From Squalus acanthias (Eukaryota): a DNA stretch of 64,000 nucleotides. The position numbers and the translations under genes are program-made. The stretch covers positions 123,568,001 to 123,632,000 of the forward strand of contig CM059431.1 in the NCBI GenBank assembly GCA_030390025.1, given 5' to 3'. The notes beneath the pieces were generated by a model, which had not been told where the DNA came from, searched no databases, and saw only the letters and a list, made by a program, of their open reading frames with translations. Below, piece after piece: positions 38,837 through 51,670 of this stretch; the first letter of the stretch is position 1, and the number at the start of each line of letters is the position of its first letter.

Positions 38837-40810
38837 ATGGCTGAGACTCAGCCCAGGGAGAGAGCCTGCAGATTCTCAGACACGGCTCTTCAGGCACTGG
38901 TCGTGGCCGTGGAGAGGAGGTGGCCTTTTGTCTTCCCGCACACTGGCAGGAAGCCCTCGTCACACACATCTCAAAGGCTCTGGCAGGAGATAGCCGCCTA
39001 TGTGACGGCCAGCACTGTGCTTCCCAGGTCGGCCATCCAGTGTCGAAAGAAGTTTAGTGACCTCACACGGCAGGTCAAGGTGAGGGAAGACTTCAGCAAA
39101 TGTCATATCCCACCATCTGCACCACAAGCCCCACACGCTGCTCAATGCACCACACCCCCAGCACTCACCTACCAACAATCTCTACCTACCACCAATCACA
39201 CCTCACAATCAGAGCTTCACTTCACACTCACAAACTTACCACTGCTGCAACACTCACACCCACATCTCACACCTTGCAAATACTGACAGCTATTCAACTA
39301 TGGCAGGCACATCGCCCAAACACATTGCACCACACTCACTCACACACTTGCCTTTCTCTTGCAGGCCAAGGTCACGCATAACAGGAGGGAGCAGCGGCAG
39401 ACAGGCAGAGGGCAAGCTGCCATCCAGACCTCTCCGACCTGGACGAGAGCATGCTGGAGATCATTGGGTGGCAGAGCATGGAGGCCATGGCAACTGACGA
39501 GGTTGAAGACGTTGGGGACAACAACGGAATGCTCATTCCTAATCCTTCTTCTCACATCCCACTTCCCCCTCGTCCCACAATCTCTTCTCACTTTCAAATT
39601 GCTGATGCTGTATGCAGGCATATCTTGCTTTCCCCCCATCCCCTCACCATAACCCGACTCTTGTGCCTTTCAGCTTTCAGATAATCAAGAACAAGCACCT
39701 GAGCAGCCTGTCCCCGAGGTGATGCAGGAGAGTGAGGGGGGAGGAGAAGAAGAAGAAGAAGACACAGCGTCGCAGACACCAGCTCAGAAACTGGCACTGC
39801 GCGTACTTTAGAGGCTAGTGTAGAAGCGGGATCTGCATAAGGTGAGGCAACAGGCACAAGTGGGCTGCAGCAAGGCCAGGGGGAAAGAGCAGCTTGAGGG
39901 CCAGCTCCCCGGAGAGTGAGTTTGACCTCGAGTTCTGCTGCACACGACTCAGATGAGGACCTTGATGGGGCAGCCTTTAGAAGAAGAGTGATGGGCATGC
40001 ACACCAAATTGCTAGGTGCAATGGCAAGCCTGCCAAAGGGCCTCTTGGCAGTGTCAAGGAGCATGGAGGTGTCCAACTCCAACATTGCACGGAGCTCTGC
40101 GCAGAGCTTGAAGTTCATGATTTCCAGGCTGGAAATGATGGAAAACTCCAAAAGAGACGGAATTGACCCAGATATGATGCTGCGTGTGGTAGGGAATGTC
40201 ACAGCTGCCATTGCAGCACAGGAGGAAGCGACTCAATGTCTTGGTGCTGCAGCAGAAGCGCAGACCGTTCTCATGAAGTCTCAGCTTGAAGTCATCCATG
40301 CTCAGACCGCTGCCTTGCAGTCTCAGCTTGATGCCACCCAAAGTTCAGACTGCTGCCATTGTGGCTGGGTTTACCAGTGTCGATCGGGGCTTGCACAGGT
40401 GTCGCAGCAGGCCAGCAATCTGCGCTCCAACAGATTACTAGGAATGCTGAGGCGCCGCCCCAGGGGGAGTGGCAGTGGGTCAGTGGAGCAGGAGCCTGCT
40501 GTCCTCTCTCAGGGTGACAGCATTCCTGTTCCCACCACTGCCACTCCGCCATTGCCCTTGCCGCTGCCTGTCAGCCAGCCAGCCCAAACTGCTGCCACCC
40601 ATGCTGAGGTGGTGCAGTCTACAGCCGGGCCTTCTAGGGCCAGAGCTGCTTGAGGTCATCCTGCAAGGCCATCTGAAGTCTCCCCCATGGAAACTCAGCA
40701 TACTTCCACCAGTCATGCTGCAGCCACTGGTGGCGCACTTTGTAGGAGCACTAGATCAGGAAAGGGCACCCGAACGACAGGCACTAAGGGATTGCACAAG
40801 GGTGATTAGT
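38837..40810 (+). pseudogene. Harbinger Myb/SANT-like protein, 3 exons
   Basis: RACRFSDTALQALV..LWQEIA..QCRKKFSDL..VK|gtgagg, then cag|AKVTHNRREQRQTG. Confidence 0.85.
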
Positions 40811-40986
40811 TCTTACCGTAAGTGTAAATATGTGTTAATTGATTTTGGATACATTTATTAATTTTGTTGAGAATCTTTTGTGGTGGCTCTCATTTCAGCT
40901 TTGTGTCCAGGAGGATGCTGTGATATTCCATGACAGAGGGATGGTATGGTGGTTATATGGTGAACAATGGGGATATGGGGTTTCAA

Positions 40987-42128
40987 TTATTGGAATTGGA
41001 GTCTGATGAGACATTCACGGACAGCCCATCTGGAAGAGAGATTGGCTGCCTGCCTCCTCCCTTCCTCCTCATCCTCTTGCTCATCTTCCTCCTCCTCCTT
41101 TCCCTTGTACTCCTTCTGAGGTGGTCCCACAATCCATGGTGGCAGGGTCTGTGCTCTCATGATGACCAAGTTGTGAAGCATGCAGCAGACCACCACAAAA
41201 TGAGACACCCACTCTGCCGAGTACTGGAGGGCTCCTCCCGAGCAGTCAAGGCAGCGGAACCGTTGCTTCAGTAGCCCGATGATCTGCGCGATGATGTTCC
41301 TGGTGGAAGCATGGCTCTCATTATGAGTGCTGGGCATGAGTGGTGGGATTGCGGAGGGGAGTCGTGAGCCAGGTGCAGAGCGGATAGCCCTTGTCTCCAA
41401 ACAGCCACCCTCGAGTTTCATGTGGTGGCTGGAAGATTGCTGGCACTCCGGACTGACGCAGGATGAAGGAATCATGACTGCTGCCAGGATAGCGGGCGTT
41501 GACCGTCAGGAAGCACTGGGCGTGGTCACACATCAACTGCACATTCAAGGAGTGGTAGCCTTTGCAGTTACAGGAGATCTCAGGATTGTTATGCAGCGCC
41601 TGCAAAGCTACACCATGGGGAAGCCCACTATCCTGGCAAAGCCACATGCGCACTCGTCCTGCTTTGCTCTGCTCAGACAGAAGAAAACATAGTCCCTGCT
41701 TCTGGTGTAAGAGCCTCAGTGACCTCCCGGATGCAGCAATGGATGGCAAATTGTGAGATCTTAGCTATATCTCCTACTGCAGACTGGAAGGATCCACTGG
41801 TAAAGAAATTGAGTGCCACGGTGACCTTGACTGCCACTGGGAGAGCTGTGGTCACCCTGCTCTGAGGCTGCAGGTCTGGTTGCAGGAGGTGGCAGAGTTC
41901 TGTGACCACCTCCTTGGTGAAGCGGAGCCTCCGAATACACTGCTCCTCGCTTAAGTGGAGATAAGAGACGTGCTCTCGGAAAACCCTAGGTGGGTAAGGC
42001 CTCCTGTTGAGAGCTGTCCTGGCCCTCCTCCTCCTACCTCTGTGCACCTCTTCTCGTCTTCTTCGCTACCTCCGCTCCCTCTCCCGAAGATACTTGAGTG
42101 TGAGGGGGACTGCCACTAGAGCCCCCAT
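40987..42128 (-). pseudogene. Harbinger (HARBI1-like) transposase
   Basis: [69 protein letters not shown]. Confidence 0.92.
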
Positions 42129-43469
42129 GACTGTGAGCAAGTGGTGTGAGCAGAAGCCATTAAATAAGAATGAAGGAGTTCTCCTCTTGCAACAACATTC
42201 CCTGGTACCTTAGAACCTTGAAAGAAGTTTATAAAGCTGGTGGGGGTTGCTTAAAGTTGCACAGAGCCAGTCAAACTGCAGAAACATGTCAGGTGCAAGT
42301 TGTTGCTGATGATCCCTTTAAGTAGAGCTGGAGCCTCCTTCCTGCTTGTTAATGTTTGCTCAGCTCATCTCACTTAAGGCATGCTGGTAATTGGAGCGAC
42401 AAAGTCGAAACTTGTAGATCGGGCATCAAGTGAACATTGCACACTCACTGATATCACGATCTTCATAATCTAAATATCCCTAGCGAGCACAGACATTGGC
42501 AGTGCTGCTGGCCATCTGAAAATGGCGGCCGCTGCGGTACCCGCAGGCAGCGGCAGAAGAGTGGCGGACGCCTTTTTTTGCCCGAAACTGGCGGTAACAG
42601 GTGGCGCTAAACCCCCGAATTTCTAGGCCAAAATAAATGCAAGTTGTTGTTGTTTGAATTCCTGTATAAGGCTTTCTAGAATGATAAATTTTAGAACCTG
42701 TGTATAGTTCATTCAATATTCTAAAACTGTATTATTTTAATCCTATCCTTAATTAGTTTTCGAAGGTTTTCCTATGACAAGTACACTCAAAATCTACAAC
42801 TGCCATTGTATTGAGAGACACATGGGGATACAGATACAAGTCGTCTTATGGTAAGCAGACAGATTACAAATAAAAAAATCCTAAACAACCAGTGGGAAAT
42901 AAGCCCGTCCAACACCATTCTGTGAAGCATGCAAAACAGGAAGATAAACACAAATTGCAATTTAAATACTCAACTGCATTTAAAATGTTTCTGGAGCTGA
43001 GACCCACACCCTTTGTAGAATCAGACCACACCATCTGCGACATCTATCTAATATCACCTCTGTAGCAATTTGGCGGAGGTTTAAAATACACTTCATTCTG
43101 TGCAACTTGTTTCAGCGTAGCAGCTGCCCTAATTCCATCAATTAGTCTATGACACAAGTTATGTTACAAATTGCTGTTCATTCGAATCTGTTTGGATGAC
43201 AGCATGGGGAGCCCAAAAGAAAAACAGGTGACTTTTATGTATTGGGCCACAGATCTTTCAAAAATTGCTGGAACAGATGAAGAAAAATAGTCCTACTTAA
43301 AGCTAAGTCTGAGCTAAAGATATCACACAAGATTGCAAGAAGTGTGCCAGGTTAGCCTCCAGTTCAGCACTGATCCCATTATTTCAAAGCACTGATACAT
43401 TGTCCTCCTTCATCCCTCCCTCACCTCCACCATTGAAACCCTTGTTGATGCTTTTGTTATCTCAAGACT

Positions 43470-44598
43470 CAATGGCTTATAATTTCCTCGGTGTGAGTTA
43501 TGCCAGCGTTGCATCTTTAAAAACAATTGCAGCTGCTGGTGGCCTACAGAGGGAGTTACGTTGAAGTTTCTTGGGTCTGCTCATTTGTATTGCCACTGGC
43601 GCAGTTATTGATGTCAGGTATAAGCAGTTGAGCTACCTGGAGACTTCTGTGCAGCCTATAAAAACACTTTAGCCTGCACTCAGCAGACTGGGGGACAAAC
43701 AGGTAAGAGACGAACAGTGTTTAGTTCTTTCACTTCTCTCACAAATAATTTCACTACATGTCTTATTAATATTGTTATTATATTTGTATCAAACTAAGAC
43801 TACTCAGACACCACCTGGTCCCAGAGGGCAAAAGGACAGGGCCTCATCCAGGAGAACAACATAGAACTTCAATGTTGCAGACCTCCAAGTCCTCCGCAAG
43901 AAGCTCAAAGGCATGAGGCACAGACTCCTGGTATGGGTGCCATCAAGCCTGCCAGGAATGTAACTCACGCCACCTGGAGGGAGGTAGCACTGCCAACTGC
44001 CTTACCCCCAGTTCTGCACAACAGTGCTGCAAAAAGTTCAACGACCTGACCAGTGCTTGAAAGGTAACATCCTTTTATTCCTTGCCCATCCTGGGCACCA
44101 GCAGACTCTTCACCCTCCTAAAGCAACATTTCCACAACTAATATTTTACACTGTACTCTGGTTAAGGACGGTTCTAACTCTGTATCCTGCACTATGGCCA
44201 TACAGCTCCACTAACACTACTAACTGTCATGCAAAACCCCAAAACCCATTCCTGCACTTTAACAGCCTCATACCCCCACATTTCTTACTTCTCCTCAACT
44301 GTTAATCTTAACCTCATATGCACTATCTTCTGGCAGATCAAATTGACACACAATGCCCACCAAAGACAGGCCAGCAGAAGGGGCATGCCCACCTTACCCA
44401 CATTGAAGAAAAGGCCATGGATTTGTTGCCATGCACGCAGCTCTTGCCATGGGAGATGGCAAGGTTGTCAGCATCTTGCTGGTGACAGTTAGTAACTGAG
44501 CACCTACGCTGTTGCCCTGGCATCCCTTTGAAGCACCACATAGATATAACCTCTCACCCATTTTTTCTGTCTATTTTATCTGAGGGGGTAATGCTCAC
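43470..44598 (+). mobile_element. Degraded Harbinger Myb fragment E, the target of the provirus. It resumes at 58942.
   Basis: QCCKKFNDL..|gtaac at ~44020-44065. Intron-like pyrimidine tract and CAG continue after 58945. Confidence 0.6.
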
Positions 44599-47500
44599 TG
44601 TAAGGGTTTTGTCGTGCCTGTGTCTCAGAGACGGTGCTGGTGCGGGGTTAGGCCTTTGTTGCCTAATACTATTGCTTGCTCTGGTCTCCGGCCAGCCTTT
44701 TTGCAATAAGCACATGTGAGTGGTTCGACCCACTCGCCCTTACGGTTCTAAAACTGGACTTAGGTGCAGGAGCAGTAATGCAGAGAAAACACAAATAGAC
44801 CCGGTTGAATAGTACGAAATGGAAATCTTTATTGCATAGCGTCCAAAATCATGAAGTACATGTCATAGGCGCAAATTAACGAGAGTTGTAAAGTTTCGCA
44901 ATTATCGCGATTCGAAATAACAAGATAGAAGCAGATTCGGTTGATCAGTTTTATTAAACGAAATGCTGTCATGATATAAAGGACACAGAAGCCTGTAAAA
45001 TGGCCGCCGCGCATCATGGCAGAAGCTTCCAGAATTACAGAGGGCAGACAAGATGGCGTTCGAATATACATTTCAATATAAGACGGGATCATACTCGATA
45101 AGCACTGATATAGACAGGATGCAACCTGTTTGCATTCGAAACAATAGCAAAAGATATGAGTGCTGGAATCGTTTTCCATGCACAAGTAAGGACCATTGTA
45201 CTGGGCAATCGAAGGCCCATCCAGACACATCAATACACAAATACCCCCACGGCTCTACAATGAGAGAGCCATTCTCGGGTGATTAAACAAGTATTCGGGG
45301 GCCCCCAAAACCAGTCAGGGAGACGATTCATACGATCCTGGATAGGCCAACAATGGGGAAAACATTAATGGGTAGTTGGCCAGTTTCAGGTGCTACCGAA
45401 ACCCGTTATTGACAAGAATCGCCCCATGCTGGGAGTTTTAAGCACCAACATTTCACAAAGGACAAACATTAAGATTTGAGGGGGAGATAAGGTGACACAG
45501 CACTATAACTATAGTGAACAAATGTCCATCGGTCTCTTGACTCTCCTATCTCGCTGCTGGCTGCTGAACTTTTATTCTCCTATTCTGATCCTCGGGTATC
45601 GCTCTGCTGGACGAGCAGCCTTCTGTGTTTTTCTCTGGACTTTAGCCACACTGGACGGTTATTCGAATGTTGGGTGGAGCTCAATTGGAACGAGTCGCCT
45701 CGACGAAGGCCAGTGACCGGGTGCACCATCCCGAGAGTCGGTAAACGGTGTTTGGACCCGAAGGCCCAACAAGACAAGACAAAATGACAAGAGAAGAAGA
45801 AGAATCCACGTGCCGCCGCGATCAGTAAACCCCGACCGCGCCCGAAAATATACGACCCATTTCTAGAACTCTACAGGTTACTGCACGAACCGGTCAAAGA
45901 CTCTTCTTTGAATTCTACCGACAACTGGTGTCGGTACAGGAAGACTTTTCTTTCAATTCTACAGCCGGGCCCGAGTGCTGTCGAGTTCTTCATGACAACG
46001 GGGAGCCCAGCCTGCGTACCGCAGCAGCGAAGATAAACAAGTGGGGTACAGAGACCCATCCAGACACGTGACAGTCAGGCGCTGCAGCGAAACGAGCCGA
46101 GCGCCTCACTTTAAAATTCTCCGAAGTATCACGAGTGCTGAGCATGTTTCCCGATCCTACAAATCTAGATGCAGTGTAGGTATTGATAAGGGAGGGTGGT
46201 TTTATTAAGGATAAAGTATAATGTGTTCTCCTTTTTACGATGTGCCGTGCGTTCTTCATTACCATAGACCAAGCTTTATGAATGTATGTATACTTGTACT
46301 CTCATTAATTTGCGCCTATGACATGTACTTCATGATTTTGGATGCTATGCAATAAAGATTTCCGTTTTGTGCTATTCAACCGGATCTATTTGAGTTTTTC
46401 TCTGCATTACTGCTCTCGCACCTAAGTCCAGTGTTAGAACCGTAAGGGCGAGTGGGTCGAACCACTCACAGGTGCTTATTGCAACAAGGCTGGCCGGAGA
46501 CCAGAGCAAGCAATAGTATTAGGCAACGAAGGCCTAACCTCGCAACAGCAGCGTCTGCGATACAAGCACGCGACAAAACCCCTTACAGAGTACAAGTATA
46601 CATACATTCATAAAGCTTGGTCTATGGAAATGAAGAACGCACGGCACATCGTAAAAAGGGGAACACATTATACCTTAACCTTAATAAAATCCACCCTCCC
46701 TTATCAATACCTACTCTACGTCTAGATTTGTAGAATCGGGAAACATGCTCACCACTCGTGTTACTTTGGAGAATTTTAAAGTGAGGCACTCGGCTCGTTT
46801 CGCTGCAGCGCCTGACTGTCACGTGTTTGGAAGGGTCTCTGTACCCCACTTGTTTATCTTCGCTGCTGCGACAAACAGGCCAGGCTCCCTGTTGTCATGA
46901 AGAAGTCGATGGACCCAAACCGGATCGTGCAGTAACCCGTAGAATAAAAAAAAAAATGAGTTCTGTATTTATATTTTCGGGCGCGGTCGGGGTTTTCTGA
47001 CCGTGGCAGCAGGTGGATACTTCTTCTTTTCTTGTCGTTTCGTCTTGTCTTTTCGGGCCTTCGGGTCCTGACACCGTTTACCGACTCTCGGGATGGTGCA
47101 CCTGGTCACTTGCCCTCGTCGGGGCGGCTCATTCCGTTTGAGCTCCACCCATCATTCGAATAACCGTCCAGTGCGGCTAAAAGTCAACAGTCAACAGAGT
47201 CCAGCCTTAAAGAAGAGCTTCAGCCCGCGATCGAGCGAGTCAAGAGAATAAGTTCAGCAGTCGGCAGCAAGATAAGAGAGCGATGGACATTTGTTCACTA
47301 TAGTTATAGTGCTGTGTTCCCTTATCTCCCGCTCAAATCTTAATGTTTGTCCTTTGTGTAATATTGGCGCTCAGCGTGGGGCGATTCTTCTCTTTAACGG
47401 GTTTCGGTAGCACCTGAAACTGGCCAACTACCCGTTAATGTTTTCCCCATTGTTGGCCCAGCCAGGATTGTATGAATCGTCTCCCTGACTGGTTTTGGGG

Positions 47501-47913
47501 GCCCCCGAATACTTGCTTAATCACCCGTCAATGTCTCTCTCATTGTAGAGCCGTGGGGGTATTTGTGTATTGATGTGTCTGGATGGGCCTTCGATTGCCC
47601 AGTACAATGGTCCTTACTTGTGCATGGAAAACGATTCCACCACTTATATCTTTGCTATTGTTTCAAATGCAAACAGCTTGCATCCTATCTTTATCAGTGT
47701 TTACCGAGTATGATCCAATCTTATATTGAATGTTTATTCGACGCCATCTTGTCTGCCCACTGTAATTCTGGAAGCTTCTGCCACGATGCGCAGCGGCCAT
47801 TTTTCAGGCTTCTGTGTCCTTTATATCATGACAGCATTTTGTTTAATAAAACTGATCAAACGAATCTGCTTCTATCTTGTTATTTTGAATCGCGATAATT
47901 GCGAAACTTTACA
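44599..47913 (-). repeat. 3' LTR (44599-44886 plus 46588-47913), split by an inverted LTR
   Basis: Colinear with 57262-58941. AATAAA on minus at ~44828-44833. Confidence 0.92.
44887..46587 (+). mobile_element. Nested solo LTR-a in opposite orientation
   Basis: TGTAAAG...CCTTACA termini, TSD GAGT at 44883-44886 and 46588-46591. Confidence 0.93.
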
Positions 47914-48317
47914 GTCACTCCTGTTGATGCGAATAACTCCGCTTATCATATCAATTAAAAAATGGTGGTGAGCAAAATTATCCCGATTCTCCACATCCAA
48001 ACACTCCCTTAACTTAAACTATCTATGGTCTCCATGCCGTCCTCATTTCCCAGGGAAATTACATTGTTTAAACTTGGACAAATCGTAGGCAGTATTGCCT
48101 TTAAACTTACATTGCGTATACGCCTTCCAGGTGCAACAGGCCGATGCCTCTCGTACCACCTGTATATGCATGTTTTTATTATACAAGGAAAAAAATAAAA
48201 TAATCAAAGCAACTATTTTAAAAATACAAAAGTTCCAAACTTATTTACACATATTCATAAACAACAGTCAATTACAAAAACACACATGGAAAAATGGAGC
48301 GGCGTCATCCTGGCCGT

Positions 48318-50668
48318 TTACGTGGTACTTTCCTCGTTCACGCGCACGTAACGTTCTATCCTCTCCCCTGTGTTCTCCTGCTTTGTGAGGCGTTTGCCTC
48401 TCTTGCAGTGCACGACCAATAGGTACACTACAATTATAACTTGGCACACAACCAAAATGTGGGAAGCTATCCTGATCCATGAAGGAACTTCAATATTGGT
48501 GAACAGATCCCACCATGGTGGGATTACTATGTCCAAAATTTCTGTCCCTATTTCTACTGTTTTCTGTTCCAGGGTGTAAAAATGTTTTTGTGATACCATG
48601 ACGGCTTTCAAAAGCTTGGTGAGGTGTTCAGGGAGAGGGGGGATGATGTATCCGAAATGCGCGAAGAATCGCTGCAAGTCTGTGAAATTCTCTTTTACTG
48701 TGAGGTGAATAGTGGATGGTTCAGGGCTCGGGACAATTCGCTGCTGTGCCACTTGAACTTCAGCCCTGGGTTTAAAACAGAAACTGCTGTCACTCACCGG
48801 ACACCGGCTGTGGTTTCCATGCTGGTAGTGTTGCGCTGCAGTGGTAACGCAATATGTTCCACCCCCTATGTATGCCACCTGCGGAGGCACATGATCTTGT
48901 GTCATTGCTTCCATGGTGCAATTCATGGGCTTCGCGCCAGCCGTTCTGAACCCACATTGTGGTGTTAAAAAGGCATTCAAGTGCTGGGGACACAGGATGA
49001 TGTGTGCTCCCTGGCCACGACAACCCGATAGGTCGGTACCTGTCATCATTTGCTCCCAGCGGATGACGTAAGGTGGGACCGCTGCGTAGCGAATGTGGGC
49101 TCCCCCCTGAATGACACCAATGTTCTCCACCCGATACACCGGGGCGGGCTTTGCTGTGTCGCCCAACACCGGCATACGTAGTACTATACCCATGATGGTA
49201 TGGTTTGACCGTCCGCAGTCCACTGGGACTGGGTATGCCTCTGAGGCTAGCCTGAGCTGGCACGGGCTTAATGCGTTCTGAAAAGGGTGGAGCGCCTGCA
49301 GGTGTTTGTTACTTATCCAGGACGAGACCAAACCTTGTTTTAAATCCTCCAAATTACTGCGGCCCTCGCCCAGTAACCACACCCCGTATAGTACGCACAC
49401 CTCGTTCTGCGCAGCTTGATCGGATGCGTTCCGATCTTCCCTGATCAGGGCATTTACCGTTCTCGCATGCTTCTCCAGCTCTGCTATAATCTCTTTTAAA
49501 TGTAGCGTCATGGCCTGGTCCCCGTGTAACTCAGACCCTACTACCTTGTTTTCGCTTGTGGGGATGCTTTTTAACTGTGTTTTTAAACCGTTGATCTGGG
49601 TCTGCAGCTCCACATTGTCTAGAGCGTTGACCACAGATGTTCCTGTATTAAAAGCAGTGAACATATCGTTCACAATACCCCTTCCTTGTCTCCCCACCTG
49701 ACCCAAAACTTCGTGTGGTGTGGTGTACAAGCTTGTTTTGTCAATCTCTGCAAAATGAAACTCGTAGAATTGTCTGAACATGTTTGTCAACAGGACCTGG
49801 TACAATTGTTCCGTCTCTTTGGGGCACCACTCTGGTAAACGCACCTCGGTGAGATTTAGAATCACCGAAGCCACCGTGTAATATACCCCCTGAAATAGTA
49901 TCTGGTCTGTTGGGACCAGTACCAGACCATTCCAGGGCCTCTTAGTGGTTTTAGGGCACCCTTCCTCCTGAGCCAAAACCACCGGAATCGTGGGCGGAGC
50001 CTTGCGTGGGCGCGTGATGATTTCAGTGGCGTTTACCAGGATCGGGGAGAATGGAGCTCCGCACCCCTTTGTGCTGACATCCCACCTCATCCCTTTCCCA
50101 TTATCCTGCCACTGGTGTACGAAAAATATGGATATACCCTTGGGGCAAACGTACTTCGATCCCCACATACAAACATATATTCCCTCATCCGGTTCCCACC
50201 ATTTGTCCCAACAGATTTTCAATTGTCCGTTAGTCCCCGTAATTATCCGATGGGTATTGTTACCCAATCGCTCCCACTCAACCGAGGAATTTCTCATAGT
50301 CTTGCTTAACTTCCGTAACCACCACCATCGGCTCAATGGGACCTTCCCATTGCATGTGAAACAAATCCTTTTGCCGACGGTGACGCTGATCCTGGGTGCA
50401 ATGATCCTGACTCTGGGGCACAGTAAAGAAGTCTCTTTGTAGGCAAATCCGGATGCGCTGGAGTATTCCGTCGAATTCGTTCCCAGCCATCCCGGCCACC
50501 TTCCCTTGTGGAAATACGTGGCGGTCTCCTCAGCCTTTCGCTCGCCGGTCCCATCCGTCGTTATGGGGCCCGTGTCCCCGGATAACCGAACACAACGACA
50601 TCCTTGGTGAGGCCCCGATAGGCCAATCCATATCCGATCGTTGCGAGCACTATCAGAATCCTTTCCAT
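48318..50668 (-). pseudogene. env: Envelope glycoprotein: signal peptide, Ig-like domain, class I F-like fusion protein, TM. One frameshift near 50570-50600.
   Basis: MERILIVLATIGYGLA signal, RQGR|GIVND cleavage site and fusion peptide, heptad repeat, Cys-rich core, TM ILVVCQVIIVVYLLVV. The 672-aa ORF is open to the stop. Confidence 0.88.
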
Positions 50669-51001
50669 TTTTCCTGGTTCCTGTGATCAGATAAAATGAT
50701 ATAGCCAGCCTCCCAAGAGTCTCTGGCTTTTGTGAAGGGTGAGCGGGTCCCTTGACCTCGTCTCACGTTAAAAGACATGTATTCTGGATAGACTTTAACT
50801 ATTCCTATCTCTAACTCCCATCATTTTACCATTTTCTTTTAAAATTAAACTACAAACTTACCAAACTTATGAAACTATAAACTTAAACTTATAAACTTAT
50901 CCTAAACTTAAAACTGTACAGTGCCGCCCGTTCCCTGGGCGGCCTACCTAAATTCTGCGAAGGCTGCCACGAGCTTTTCCCAGTGGTGGGAGGGCACTGA
51001 C

Positions 51002-51670
51002 CTATTCCTTTGATCTGCCGCAGCCTGTCGCCACTGCGCTGGGACTGGGATCTCCCTGGGCTGCCTTGACCTTGAACTTACGCCTGGGGGTGTATGGGGG
51101 ATTTGACCACGACTTCCTGGGCTGGGGTGTCCGACTTGACCTACGGAGGGCTACCTTGGGCAAGATCTCCAGAGCCGACGGACCGGGAACCGAAACTTCC
51201 ACCGTCACGGCCTGTGGTCCCACCACAGCCGCCGGCTCCGTCTCCCCTGGCTCCGCCCCCCTGAACTTGGGATTTGCAGTTTCTGACTCCACCTTACTTG
51301 TTTCCCCAGTAAGTGGAACTCCACTCGCAATCCCTATCTCCCCTATGGGCAAGACTTCCAGGGCCGACCGACCGGGTACCGAGACTTCCACCGTCACGGC
51401 CTGTGGTCCCACCACAGCCGCTGGCTCCGTCTCCCCTAGCTCTGCCCCCCTGGGCTCGGGATCTGCAGTTTCCGACTCCACCCTGTGTGGTTCTCCACTC
51501 GCAGTCCCTATCTCCCCTAAGCTTGAGTCGAGGGAGAAACCTTCATCCTCCGACCCCAGCACCTCTCCGACCGGGTCACTACCTTGATCGAGCTCCTCGA
51601 GCTCTTCCTCATCTGAATCCCAACACCAAGAAAAGATCCTACACTTTTCTAGAATGTCCTCTCCCCTCAA
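51002..51670 (-). CDS. Acidic, internally duplicated ORF, probably a frameshifted integrase C-terminal tail
   Basis: Starts where the pol frame ends. About 60-aa tandem duplication and an LRRSSRTPQP motif. Confidence 0.5.
   Translation of the reverse strand: MRGEDILEKCRIFSWCWDSDEEELEELDQGSDPVGEVLGSEDEGFSLDSSLGEIGTASGEPHRVESETADPEPRGAELGETEPAAVVGPQAVTVEVSVPGRSALEVLPIGEIGIASGVPLTGETSKVESETANPKFRGAEPGETEPAAVVGPQAVTVEVSVPGPSALEILPKVALRRSSRTPQPRKSWSNPPYTPRRKFKVKAAQGDPSPSAVATGCGRSKE

Larger units (their letters stand above)
38514..42629. mobile_element. PIF/Harbinger transposon D, full length and degraded
   Basis: TIRs GGCCTAGAAAAT and AATTTCTAGGCC. Inserted in an L2 tail. Convergent genes. Confidence 0.9.

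Noticed and set aside
44960..45300. Possible accessory ORF in U3 of LTR-a (for example 45053-45286 and antisense ORFs)
   Set aside because: Stops and frames differ among the four LTR copies, so no conserved reading frame is visible.
47914..47930. Polypurine tract before the 3' LTR
   Set aside because: Only AACAGGAGTGAC on minus, too degenerate to call.
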